52,897 bases of DNA, taken from positions 1 through 52,897 of the forward strand of contig CAZFPM010000009.1 in NCBI GenBank assembly GCA_964520965.1, given 5' to 3'. The DNA is from an uncultured Myxococcales bacterium. Lineage in GTDB: Bacteria > Myxococcota_A > Bradymonadia > REDH01. Made by a program: the position numbers and the translations under genes. Under the pieces are notes generated by a model. That model was given only the letters and a program-made list of their open reading frames with translations, made no database searches and was not told the origin of the DNA. Of this stretch, positions 21,203 to 30,532 are shown in pieces (position 1 is the stretch's first letter; each line of letters opens with the position of its first letter).

Positions 21203-23037
21203 TGCGAACCCTCATCGCGTCAGCTCGCTTCGGCCGGGCGCTTGCGGTTTCAGTGCTCACCCTTGCTCTCGCCGCTGCATGCGGCGACGTGGCCGAGGTG
21301 GTCGAGTCCGCCGCGGAAACGGTGCCGGAAGCGGTCGCGCACGCCGGGGCACCGCTCGTGCCGGTGCTGGAGTTCGAGGGGGTGTTCGACCCGGAGACGG
21401 GGATGTTGGAGCTGACGTCGCTGCCCTACCCGGAGCCTGTCGTGGCGGGTGACGAACATCGCACGGTCAGTCAGGCGATGTACTGCGAGGGCCGGGTGAC
21501 CAGTGGGGCGTTCGGGACGTTCTCGCTGTCGACCGTTGCCGAGCCGCTCGCGCACGTGGACCTGGGGTCGGCGCTGACGATCGGGACGCGACCGGACGAC
21601 TGCGTGTCGGACGCAGAGCTGAGCGATTGGCGGCGGACGGTGTACGACGTGACGGGGACGTTCTGCGCTCGCGTGCGGGTGACGTCGCGCTTCGACGTGC
21701 CGGTCTCCGACGTCGTGGCCGAGGTGGTGGCGATCACGCCGCCGGAGTTCTCGGCGTACGAGTACATCGACGTGTCGTCGGTCGACGGCGGACCGTGGGC
21801 GCCGTGTTGCGGCACGGGCGCGGACCCGGAGGCGCTGCCCGACGGCGCGGGAGAGCCGAGCGCGGCGGCCGGTGGGATGTTCCTGCACGGGGATCTCGGG
21901 CCCGGCGAGTCGGGTGCGCAGCAGTGGACGTTCCGGAATCCGGGCGGTGTGTTCCGCTTCCGGGGCCGGCTGATGGCGCGCTTCCCGGAGCTCCCGAACG
22001 GGGTCGACGACAACTGCGACGGCGTGGTGGACGACGGTCTCGGCCTCTTCGACGACGGAGCGACGTGCCGGGTCGGTGCGGACTGCGCGAGTGGCGCGTG
22101 CGTGGGCGGTGCCTGCGTGCCGGAGTGCGACGACGGGCTGTTCGGCGAGACGTGCGCGAGCACATGCCCCGGCGGTGCGACGACGCCGTGCAACGGGCAC
22201 GGGACCTGCGATGACGGCCGGGCGGGGAGCGGGGCGTGCATGTGCTCGGCGGACTTCGTGGGGGCTGCGTGCGACGACTGCGCGCCGGGGTACTGGGGCG
22301 CGACGTGCGCGGCATGCCCGGCGTGCCAGAACGGCGGGGTGTGCGCCGACGGGATCGACGGCGACGGGACGTGCGCGTGCCCCGAAGGGTACATCGGGGA
22401 CCTGTGCGAGACCGAGGGATCGATCGATTGGACGAACCTCATCGCCCAGGTCGAGGCCGGAGACGCCGCGACCCGCGACGAGTTCGGCTGTTCAGTTTCG
22501 GTGTCCGGCGACACGGCCGTGATCGGCGCGTGGCAGGACGACGACGGGGGGAGCGACAGTGGTTCTGCGTACGTGTTCGTTCGCGCTGGTGACACGTGGA
22601 CAGAACAGGCGAAGCTGACGGCGAGCGATGCTTCGGCCCTCGACGCGTACAGCGACGACGGCGGGGTGAGCGACAGCGGTTCTGCGTACGTGTTCGTTCG
22701 CGCTGGCGACACGTGGACCGAGCAGGCGCAGCTGACGGCGAGTGACGCCGCGCTCGGCGACCACTTCGGCTGGTCGGTTTCGGTGTCCGGCGACACAGCC
22801 GTGATCGGCGCGCACGGGGACGGCGACGCCGGGGTCGACGGCGGTTCTGCGTACGTGTTTGTGCGGTCGGGCGAGACGTGGACGCAGCAGGCGAAGCTTA
22901 CGGCGAGCGACGCCGCGGGGAGCGACCACTTCGGCAGGTCGGTTTCGGTGTCCGGAGCCACGGCCGTGATCGGCGCGCACTACGACGACACCGCCGCCGG
23001 CGGGAACGCCGGCTCGGCGCACTTCTTCGGGCGCTGA
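21202..23037 (+). CDS. Lipoprotein with one DNDCDG-type motif, EGF/laminin-like Cys-rich repeats and four FG-GAP-like repeats
   Basis: Signal and lipobox MRTLIASARFGRALAVSVLTLALAAAC. NGVDDNCDGVVDDG. CNGHGTCDD..CMC..F.G..CD.C..GYWG..C. Repeats of FG.SVSVSGDTAVIGA....D....SGSAYVFVR.G.TWT.QAKLTASDA. Confidence 0.8.
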   Translation: MRTLIASARFGRALAVSVLTLALAAACGDVAEVVESAAETVPEAVAHAGAPLVPVLEFEGVFDPETGMLELTSLPYPEPVVAGDEHRTVSQAMYCEGRVTSGAFGTFSLSTVAEPLAHVDLGSALTIGTRPDDCVSDAELSDWRRTVYDVTGTFCARVRVTSRFDVPVSDVVAEVVAITPPEFSAYEYIDVSSVDGGPWAPCCGTGADPEALPDGAGEPSAAAGGMFLHGDLGPGESGAQQWTFRNPGGVFRFRGRLMARFPELPNGVDDNCDGVVDDGLGLFDDGATCRVGADCASGACVGGACVPECDDGLFGETCASTCPGGATTPCNGHGTCDDGRAGSGACMCSADFVGAACDDCAPGYWGATCAACPACQNGGVCADGIDGDGTCACPEGYIGDLCETEGSIDWTNLIAQVEAGDAATRDEFGCSVSVSGDTAVIGAWQDDDGGSDSGSAYVFVRAGDTWTEQAKLTASDASALDAYSDDGGVSDSGSAYVFVRAGDTWTEQAQLTASDAALGDHFGWSVSVSGDTAVIGAHGDGDAGVDGGSAYVFVRSGETWTQQAKLTASDAAGSDHFGRSVSVSGATAVIGAHYDDTAAGGNAGSAHFFGR

Positions 23038-23304
23038 CCGGCGTGCGCGTGGTGCTCGTCCGCGCTCCGTCGGCTCGAGCGGCCGTTCGATGCCGCCGCA
23101 TCCCCTTCTTCGTACCGCCAACTGCCGCTACACCATGGATGGCGGCGGGACGGGTGTTCTCGAGGAGCGCGCGATCACCTTCGTATTCGATGTGTCGTCA
23201 GAGCGGCTCCATCCGATGTTTCGGGGGAAACCGTGTTGTCCCTTGGTATTCAGCGAAATGCGGGTCCATGCTAGGCTGCGAAGCCGTATTCGAGATCGCA
23301 CGAC

Positions 23305-24144
23305 ATGGCCGACTGGAAACCCAACATCTTCGGGTACCTCGACTACCGGGCGTACCTGCGCGACTACTACGAGGCCGCAAAGGCGGAGACCCGCGCGTTC
23401 TCCTATCGATACTTCTCCCGCAAGGCAGGGTACTCGTCGCCCAACTTCCTCAAGCTCGTCATCGACGGGCAGCGGAACCTCTCCGCCAACAGCATCGACC
23501 GGTTCGCCCGCGCGCTGAAGCTGACCGCCACCGAGAAGCGCTTCTTCGCCGATCTCGTCGCTTTCGACCAGGCGGCCGACCACGAAGAGCGGAACACCGC
23601 CTTCGAGAAGATCTCGGCCAGCCGGACATTCCGGAGTGCCCGGCGCATCGACGCCGCGTTCTTCGACTACCTCTCACACTGGTACTACCCGGCGATTCGG
23701 GAGCTGGCCGCGCGCCCGGACTTCCGCGCCGAGCCGGAGTGGGTGGCCCGGCAGCTGCTGCCGTCGATCAAGACCGACGAGGCCCGGCGCGCGCTCGACC
23801 TGCTCTTCGAGTTCGGCTTGCTCACCCGCGAGGACGACGGCACGATCGGCCGGGCCGACGTCGGACTGACCACCGGTCACGAGGTCCGATCCCTCGCCGT
23901 CGCCAACTTCCACCGCCAGATGCTCGCCCGGGCTGCGGACTCCATCGAGCTCGTCTCCGGCGACCGGCGCGACGTAAGCGCGATCACGGCGTGCATCTCC
24001 CGCGACACCGTCGCCGAGCTCAAACGACGCGTGCACGACTTCCGGGAGCAGGTCATGGACCTGTGCGCCCGCGAGGAGGCCCGCGAGGCCGTCTACCAGC
24101 TCAATATCCAGCTCTTCCCGCTCTCGAGGATCGACCATGACTGA
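23305..24144 (+). CDS. TIGR02147 / DUF4423-family protein (predicted HTH-type)
   Basis: N-terminus YLDYRAYLRDYYEAAKAE..AFSYRYFSRKAGYSSPNFLKLVIDGQRNLS matches my recollection of the family signature. Confidence 0.7.
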   Translation: MADWKPNIFGYLDYRAYLRDYYEAAKAETRAFSYRYFSRKAGYSSPNFLKLVIDGQRNLSANSIDRFARALKLTATEKRFFADLVAFDQAADHEERNTAFEKISASRTFRSARRIDAAFFDYLSHWYYPAIRELAARPDFRAEPEWVARQLLPSIKTDEARRALDLLFEFGLLTREDDGTIGRADVGLTTGHEVRSLAVANFHRQMLARAADSIELVSGDRRDVSAITACISRDTVAELKRRVHDFREQVMDLCAREEAREAVYQLNIQLFPLSRIDHD

Positions 24145-24715
24145 GTTCATCCGCGCCCTGCTCCTCCGACTGGCGACGCTGATCGTGGCCGCCCTCGCCG
24201 CAGGCTGCCTGTTCACCGATGTCGGAAACCCGAACTCGGGCCCGGACGACGACTTTGCGGACGGCGGCTGGCCGTGGGACGACACCAGCGGTGGGAGCGA
24301 CGCGGGCACTGACGCCGCCGACGCCGGCTCGCCGTTCGACGCGGAAGACGATACGGGCGCGTCCGAAGACACGGCCTCCGACGCCGTAAGCCCGGACGCC
24401 GAGCCGGATGCGGCTGCCGACGCCGCCGACGTCGCCGACATCGCGGGCGACGTGGCCGACGACGGGTCCGATGCCGACGTCCCGGGCGACGCAGCAGACG
24501 ACGTGCTGCCTACCGATGTCGGCGATACCGACGTCAGCGACACCGACGTCGGCGATACCGACGTCAGCGACACCGACGTCGGCGATACCGACGTCGGCGA
24601 TACCGACGTCAGCGATGCCGACGTCAACGTGGACCCGGACGTCTCTGACGCCTCTGACGTCGATGTCGATGACTTCGGGGACGCCGACACCGCCGACGTC
24701 GAAGGCCCGTGGTAG
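24137..24715 (+). CDS. Hyper-acidic Asp-rich lipoprotein with DV[GS]DT tandem repeats
   Basis: The ATG overlaps the last codons of the upstream gene by 8 nt (its TGA is at 24142-24144). Lipobox LAAGC. More than 30% Asp in the mature part. Confidence 0.7.
   Translation: MTEFIRALLLRLATLIVAALAAGCLFTDVGNPNSGPDDDFADGGWPWDDTSGGSDAGTDAADAGSPFDAEDDTGASEDTASDAVSPDAEPDAAADAADVADIAGDVADDGSDADVPGDAADDVLPTDVGDTDVSDTDVGDTDVSDTDVGDTDVGDTDVSDADVNVDPDVSDASDVDVDDFGDADTADVEGPW
24515..24619 (+). repeat. Coding tandem repeat, 15 nt x 7 (DVGDT/DVSDT)
   Basis: GAYGTCRGCGAYRCC units are head to tail and in frame with CDS 24137-24715. Confidence 0.9.
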
Positions 24716-24852
24716 ACGGGAGCGGCGACGCCGACGCTCCGGTCGACTGATCGCGAGCCCTGTGTGGTCGCCAACGTCCGGCTGCGGCTTCGCGTCGCCG
24801 GACATCACCTGGCTTCGTTCGGTCGCAGGACCTCGACGTACTGTCGGGTTCC

Positions 24853-25053
24853 CTACTCGACGAAGATCGCGAGGAGGAGCATCAGGCCGACGAGGATCAC
24901 CGCCGCCAGCACGATCCAACGGAGGACCTTGTCTTCACCGCCGGTCGCGCGGCGCATCTGCTGCCGGACGCCCACCATCGTGCCCGACGCCTCGGACGCC
25001 TCTTGGGTCTTGCGCTTCTTGTCGCGCTTCTTCTTCTGCCTGTTCTTGCCCAC
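24853..25053 (-). CDS. Small tail-anchored membrane protein (basic N-terminus, C-terminal TM)
   Basis: The GTG at 25053 is preceded by GGAGAAACGATC. VGKNRQKKKRDKKRK...VLRWIVLAAVILVGLMLLLAIFVE. I recognise no family. Confidence 0.4.
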   Translation of the reverse strand: MGKNRQKKKRDKKRKTQEASEASGTMVGVRQQMRRATGGEDKVLRWIVLAAVILVGLMLLLAIFVE

Positions 25054-25219
25054 GATCGTTTCTCCGGGACCTCGCCGCGCGGTGGGCGCGGCTTGCGCGG
25101 CGGGAGTATAGCGGACGACGCCCTCGACGCGAACCATTCCCGCTCTCCCCTGTCAATACCTGGATCCGCGTGCGTCGGCAGGGTAGTGACAATGACATAT
25201 TCTTCTCCCCGGGGCGTCT

Positions 25220-26374
25220 TTGACCGCCGATCGACTCCCACCTGAGGGCACGTCGCCCAGCGCCGACGGCAGAACGACCCGGTTTCTGCTGGGCGTGATC
25301 GCGTTGGTGGCGGCGTGCGCCGCGCTCAAGGCGGCCCAGATCGTCATGCTGCCGCTCGTCCTGTCGGCGTTCCTGACGATCCTGGTTCAACCGCCGCAGC
25401 GATTCCTGACGCGCTACGTCCCGCGCTGGCTGGGCCTGACGATCATCTTCATGGTGTTGGCGGCCACGATCGTCGGCATCTGGATGTTCTTCTCGCTCAG
25501 CGCCGAGGCGCTCATCGAGAAGGGGCCGGTGTACGCGGAGCGCCTCGAGCGGATCTTCGACGGCACCCTGAGTTGGGCCGAACGCTACGGGTTCAACCTG
25601 ACGGCGGTCGAGCTCGGGACTGACGAGCTGCTGACCTGGACCCTCCAATTCGCCGGGGCCAGCCTGGCGTCGGTCGCGACCTTCTTCGGCATGTCGACGC
25701 TGGTCACCTTCATGCTGGTGATGCTCCTGCTCGAGACCGAGAGCTTCCGGTCGAAGCTCCGCTCGGCCCTTCGCGCCGGGCAGTCGGCCGAGGTGTTCGA
25801 CACGATCCACGCGGTCACGAAGACCTTCCAGCGCTTCTTCTTCACCAAGACGGCGATCAGCGCGTTCACGGGGGCGTGCACGTCGATCTTCTGCCTCGCC
25901 CTCGGGATCGACTTCGCGTTCATCTGGGGCATGATCGCGTTCTTGCTGAACTTCATCCCGAACATCGGGTCGATGATCGCGGTCGTGCCGCCGGTGGTGG
26001 TCGCGCTCGTGCAGTTCGACGGCATCGGGACCGGCATCGCGACGCTGGTCTGTCTGTCGGCGATGCAGATGCTCATCGGCAATATCCTCGATCCGCGGAT
26101 CACCGGGCGAGCGGTGTCGATATCGCCCTTCGTCGTCTTCACCTCGATGGTGTTCTGGGGCTGGATGTGGGGCATCGCCGGCATCTTCCTGGCCGTGCCG
26201 CTGACGGCGCTCCTGAAGGCCATCGCCGAGCACGTCCCGGCGCTGCGCCCGCTGGCGATTCTGTCGGGCGGCGTGCCGAAGTCATCGGCGCTCGCCGTCG
26301 TGCCCATCGCCGAGGATCCCCTCGACCTGGACGAAGACCTGGAGCTGGACACGGCGCCCGAGGTCGAGCCCTGA
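25220..26374 (+). CDS. AI-2E family transporter (PerM / UPF0118)
   Basis: Multi-TM protein with FLLNFIPNIGSMIAVVPP and LIGNILDPRITGRAVSISPFVVF..VFWGWMWGIAGIFLAVPLTA. Confidence 0.88.
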   Translation: MTADRLPPEGTSPSADGRTTRFLLGVIALVAACAALKAAQIVMLPLVLSAFLTILVQPPQRFLTRYVPRWLGLTIIFMVLAATIVGIWMFFSLSAEALIEKGPVYAERLERIFDGTLSWAERYGFNLTAVELGTDELLTWTLQFAGASLASVATFFGMSTLVTFMLVMLLLETESFRSKLRSALRAGQSAEVFDTIHAVTKTFQRFFFTKTAISAFTGACTSIFCLALGIDFAFIWGMIAFLLNFIPNIGSMIAVVPPVVVALVQFDGIGTGIATLVCLSAMQMLIGNILDPRITGRAVSISPFVVFTSMVFWGWMWGIAGIFLAVPLTALLKAIAEHVPALRPLAILSGGVPKSSALAVVPIAEDPLDLDEDLELDTAPEVEP

Positions 26375-26433
26375 GCCGACCCGCCCCCTGAGACCGTCCG
26401 GGGGCCCGTCGACATCGTCCGGTCAGCGGCTCC

Positions 26434-29160
26434 TCAGTCTTCCTCGGGGAGCGCGTCGGGGCCGAGCCAACCCACTTTCAGCAGGGCGGGGAGCACGATC
26501 ACCGTCGCGAGGAGACACCCGGCGATCGTGATCGCGATCAGCTCGCCGAACCGGCGCACCGGGACGAAGGAGCTGGAGAGCATCACGCCGAAGCCGAACA
26601 TCAGCGACAGGCAGGTCATCAGGATCGCCTTGCCGGTGCCCCGCGCCGCGCTCACCAACGCCTCGTCGACGTCTTTCGTCCGTTGCACCTCTTCGCGGAA
26701 GCGGGCGAGGACGTGGATGGAACCGTCGACGGCGAGTCCGATCGAGATCGAGAAGATGATCGCCGTCGCCGCGTTGAGGGGCACGTCCATGAGGACCATG
26801 AACGCCATCGTTCCGATCAGCGGCAGCACGTTCGGCGGCACCGACAGCGCAGCGAGGCGGGCGCTGCGGAAGAGCAGCGTCATGAAGCCGAAGATGATGA
26901 AGACCGCGAGGGCCAGGGACTCGAGGAGATCGGAGATCACCGCGTCGAGGCCCTTGGAGCCGACGTACGCGTCCCCGGTGAGGCGGAACTCGATGTCGGG
27001 GAACTCGCCGAAGCTCTCCGCGAGCTCGCCCTCCAGGGCCTCCGCGAGCCGGATCGTCCCCTGGGCGCCGAAGTCGCGCACACCGATGTTCACGCGGGCG
27101 CTGCGGCGGTCGGTCGACACATAGGGGGAGAGCGGGTTGCGCTCGCCGGCGGCGAGCAACGCGGCCGAGGTCTCGACACGCGACCGGCTCTCGAAGGGGG
27201 CGTCGCGGGCGTCGGCGCCGCCACGAATCGCCTCGATCTCGTGGAGGAAATCCACGTAGGAGATCGCGTCGAGGACTCCCTCCTGGGTCATCGCCCACGC
27301 CTGGATCTCGTCCATGGCGTTGAGGACGGCCGGGTCGTCGAAGCGGCCCTCGGTCGCGCTCGTCAGGTAGACCTCCAGGGGTCGCACCCCGGACAGCTTG
27401 TCTTCGATGAGCCGTGTGGTCTGGTAGATCGGGTCCGAGGGCGAGAATTGGTCGAGCACCGCGCTGTCGATCTGGATTCCGGTCGCGATGCGCAGGGCGC
27501 CCGCGAAAATGAGGAGCGCCACGCCGAGCACGGGCAGGGGCCGATGCAAGATGGCCCGAGTCACCCGCTCGATGGTCCGCTCGAGCATGCCTTCTTCGGT
27601 CGCCCCCGAGTGGGTCCGGGGTGGGCGCACGTACATCAATGCCGCGGGCAGGAAGGTCAGGGTCACCACGTAGGCGATCAGCACGCCGATGGCGGCGGTG
27701 ATGCCGAAGCGGCCGAGCACCTCGGTTCGCGAGACGACGAGGGAGCCGAACCCGACCGCGGTCGTGAACGAGGTCAGGAAGCAGGCGACGGCCATGCGCT
27801 TCACGGCCTCGCGGGTCGCCTCCTCGCGGTCGCGTCCGGCGCGGATCTCCTCTCCGTACCTGCTGACCAGGTGAATGGAGTTCGAGATCCCGATGATGAT
27901 GATCAGGAGCGGAACGATGTTGTTGAGGATGTTGAAACTCTCGCCGATCGCCGACATGCCCCCGACGAGGATCAGGGCGGCGATGACCACCGCTCCGGTG
28001 GGGAGCACCATGGCCGGGAGCCACCGGAACGAGGCGAAGAGGATCAGGATGCAGACCATCAGCGACAGCGGCAGCATCACCGACTGGTCGGCGCGCATCT
28101 TGGCGATCACGTCACTGCGGACGTAGGGCAGCCCGCCGAGCAGGGTCTCGACCCCCTCCGGAGGCGGCCGACTCGCCAGCTGGCTCTCGACGCTGGCGAT
28201 GACACCGGCCACGTCGGCGTTCCGCGTCAGGTGGTCGGACAGCGAGACGGCGATCGCCGTGAGGGTGCCGTCGCGGCTGATCAGCCTTCCCTCGATGAGG
28301 CGCGAGCCGCGCAGGGCATCGCGGAGTATGCGCGCCTCGTCGTCGGTCACCTGGTCGCCATCGATGGCCGGCCGCACGGTGCCGGTGCCGAGGGCGAGGT
28401 TGATCACGACGTCCGGGACCCGGGTCGCGGCCTCGCCGTCGAGTCGCGGCTCGACGCCACGCATCGAGGCGGCGATCCGTGAGAGCTGCGTCGAGACGGT
28501 CGACCCGGTGATGTAGAGGCCGCTGAGAACGCTCTCGTCGGCCCGGTCGCGGTCGTCGTCGTCGGGCTCTCGGGGAATCGGCAGCACGGTGATCGCGTCG
28601 ACCCGCGCTGCGTAATCCTCGTTCGCCAAGGCCCGGGTGATGTCGTGCGTGAACTGGAGCACCTCGCGGTCGAGCACGTCGGGAGCGTGGACGAGCACCA
28701 GGAGCACGTTGTCCGTGTTGCCGAACTCTTCGCGGAACTCGGCTGCGACGGCCTCCTGGTCCTCGAACTTCGCGAAGAGGTCCGAGGGCGTGAAATCCGC
28801 CTGGATCTCGGGAATGCGCAGCGAGAACGCAGCGGCGAGGGCGACGATGACCACGAGCACCGGCAGCCGCTGTCGGGTGACGACCGAGGCGAGTGTGTCT
28901 AGCAGGCGGTCGATGGCTTCGGCGTTGTCGGGAGGAACTCGGGGGGAGCGCGCCCGGACGGCGTCGTTTCCGACCGGCCCGTCGGTTTTTCGGCAGCGTT
29001 GTGGCCGGATGTACCATTGACAGACGCGCGAGGATAGTGAGGTGAAGGAGGGAGGAGGGTCGTGTATACGGCCCTTGGTCACGCGGACGGTTTCCCCCCG
29101 ACCGATGTTCGATCTCGACACCCTGCGCCGTGCGTTCCGGATCCTGCTTCGGCCACGCAC
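26434..29160 (-). CDS. MMPL/RND-superfamily exporter (COG1033, HpnN-like), paralog 1. The true start is unresolved.
   Basis: Two 6-TM bundles with the SSD-type motif (IIIIGISNSIHLVSRYGEE and SISIGLAVDGSIHVLARFREE), each preceded by a large periplasmic domain. The first ~80 tracked codons are non-protein-like and contain no internal ATG. Confidence 0.8.
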   Translation of the reverse strand: MRGRSRIRNARRRVSRSNIGRGETVRVTKGRIHDPPPSFTSLSSRVCQWYIRPQRCRKTDGPVGNDAVRARSPRVPPDNAEAIDRLLDTLASVVTRQRLPVLVVIVALAAAFSLRIPEIQADFTPSDLFAKFEDQEAVAAEFREEFGNTDNVLLVLVHAPDVLDREVLQFTHDITRALANEDYAARVDAITVLPIPREPDDDDRDRADESVLSGLYITGSTVSTQLSRIAASMRGVEPRLDGEAATRVPDVVINLALGTGTVRPAIDGDQVTDDEARILRDALRGSRLIEGRLISRDGTLTAIAVSLSDHLTRNADVAGVIASVESQLASRPPPEGVETLLGGLPYVRSDVIAKMRADQSVMLPLSLMVCILILFASFRWLPAMVLPTGAVVIAALILVGGMSAIGESFNILNNIVPLLIIIIGISNSIHLVSRYGEEIRAGRDREEATREAVKRMAVACFLTSFTTAVGFGSLVVSRTEVLGRFGITAAIGVLIAYVVTLTFLPAALMYVRPPRTHSGATEEGMLERTIERVTRAILHRPLPVLGVALLIFAGALRIATGIQIDSAVLDQFSPSDPIYQTTRLIEDKLSGVRPLEVYLTSATEGRFDDPAVLNAMDEIQAWAMTQEGVLDAISYVDFLHEIEAIRGGADARDAPFESRSRVETSAALLAAGERNPLSPYVSTDRRSARVNIGVRDFGAQGTIRLAEALEGELAESFGEFPDIEFRLTGDAYVGSKGLDAVISDLLESLALAVFIIFGFMTLLFRSARLAALSVPPNVLPLIGTMAFMVLMDVPLNAATAIIFSISIGLAVDGSIHVLARFREEVQRTKDVDEALVSAARGTGKAILMTCLSLMFGFGVMLSSSFVPVRRFGELIAITIAGCLLATVIVLPALLKVGWLGPDALPEED

Positions 29161-30355
29161 GTTCTCGCTTCGGCGGTTCGCCGTCGTGATGGGATTCCTG
29201 ATCGCCGTCTGGGTGTTCTCGGTCGTCGTGATGGTCGGTCAGACGCTCGACCACATCTTCTTCCCGGGCTTCCGGAAGACCGAGGTTCGCGAGCCGATCT
29301 TCGTCATCGCGAACCCGCGCTCCGGCACGACGTTCATGCACCGGCTGATGTGTCTGGACGACGAGCGCTTCACTTATATGAAGCTCTACCAGACGCTCTT
29401 TCCGGCGGTGACCTGGTACAAGGCGATCGCCGCGTTGGCGTGGGTCGATCGGCATATCGGCCGGCCGATGGAGCGGCTGCTTCGGGTCTGCGAACGCGCG
29501 TGGTTCAAGGGGTGGGACGGTGTCCACGCCGTCGGGTGGACGCGCGCGGAGGAAGAGGAGTTCATCTTCATCATGACGCTGCTCGATCCGGCCGTCCTGA
29601 TGATCCTGCCGTCGCCGACGGAGATGACCCATCTCGATTTCCTCGACCGGCTCCCCGACGAGAAGCGACAGCGCGTGATGCGTTTCTACCGCGGGTGCCT
29701 GCAGCGACACATCTTCGCGACCGGTCGAGACCGGATCCTGTTGTCGAAGAACGTTTTCTTCGGCGGTCGGCTCCGCTCGGTGTGCGAGGCCTTCCCCGAC
29801 GCGCGCTTCGTCCAGCTCGTGCGGCACCCCTACAACGCGCTCGGCTCGATGATCAGCATGTTCTCGGGCCCGTACTCGATACACTCCCCGAAGCTCCCCA
29901 AGGACTCGCCGGAGTTTCGTTACTGGGCGCGGCTCGGCATGGACTACTACCTCTACGTGCTCGAGCGCGGAGAGGAGTTCGCCGGGGCGGAGCGCTTCGT
30001 CACATATCGCTACGACGACTTCGTCGGCGACCCGAAGGGCACGGTCGAAGACATCTACCGGCACTTCGACATCCCGATGACCGACGCGTTCCGGGCGCGA
30101 CTCGACCGCGAGGCGACCCGGGCGAGCAAGTATCGAAGCGTGCACGAGTACGACCTCTCGGAGTACGGACTCGACCGCGCCGAGATCTACGAGCGCCTTC
30201 GCCCCTACTTCGAGAAGTACGGGTTCGCCCGGGATCCTGGGGGTGGCGATACGCCGAGCGGCCCCGGGTTGGTCGAGGATCCGCCGCAGGATCCGGTTCC
30301 GTCGCCGGTGCGGGCGGGGCCGCAGAAGTCAGACGTGGCGGTGGAGCCGGCGTAG
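29105..30355 (+). CDS. Membrane-anchored sulfotransferase-family protein
   Basis: N-terminal TM helix FAVVMGFLIAVWVFSVVVMV. 5'-PSB loop IANPRSGTTFMHRLM. 3'-PB-like LVRHPYNALGSMIS. The start could also be the GTG at 29042. Confidence 0.7.
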   Translation: MFDLDTLRRAFRILLRPRTFSLRRFAVVMGFLIAVWVFSVVVMVGQTLDHIFFPGFRKTEVREPIFVIANPRSGTTFMHRLMCLDDERFTYMKLYQTLFPAVTWYKAIAALAWVDRHIGRPMERLLRVCERAWFKGWDGVHAVGWTRAEEEEFIFIMTLLDPAVLMILPSPTEMTHLDFLDRLPDEKRQRVMRFYRGCLQRHIFATGRDRILLSKNVFFGGRLRSVCEAFPDARFVQLVRHPYNALGSMISMFSGPYSIHSPKLPKDSPEFRYWARLGMDYYLYVLERGEEFAGAERFVTYRYDDFVGDPKGTVEDIYRHFDIPMTDAFRARLDREATRASKYRSVHEYDLSEYGLDRAEIYERLRPYFEKYGFARDPGGGDTPSGPGLVEDPPQDPVPSPVRAGPQKSDVAVEPA

Positions 30356-30379
30356 GGGGCGGCCGTCGATAGGACGTGC

Positions 30380-30410
30380 GCGGTAGAGTGAGGCTCCCCC
30401 CCTGCTTCGC
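30380..30410 (+). repeat. 31-nt direct repeat, copy A (123 nt upstream of the giant lipoprotein gene)
   Basis: GCGGTAGAGTGAGGCT(C7)TGCTTCGC. Copy B at 35379-35410 differs by one substitution and one extra C. Confidence 0.85.
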
Positions 30411-30532
30411 CGTTGTGGTTCCACCGAGGGTGGAGCAGAATTGGGGACTCCACCCCTACCGATGCTTCCCGACGCGACTGCGGCGTACCGTCCGGATCGG
30501 ATCCGCGGCTCGCACCCGTGCGGAGGCCGTGC

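Noticed and set aside
24515-24619. Regular short tandem repeats that could superficially suggest a CRISPR array or satellite (also 16674-16765, 16801-16872 and 15965-16036).
   Set aside because: The units are 15-36 nt, directly abutting with no spacers. They are in phase with, and fully inside, coding sequences, so they are coding amino-acid repeats. No cas genes are present.
29047-29104. A strong SD-like GGAGGGAGGAGGG followed by a GTG at 29062 in a different frame from the sulfotransferase, with a C6 run (29094-29099) where the frames could join.
   Set aside because: The sulfotransferase frame already has acceptable in-frame starts (GTG 29042 with an upstream AGGA, and ATG 29105). The alternative needs an extra frameshift and adds only about 12 residues, so the evidence is insufficient to call it.
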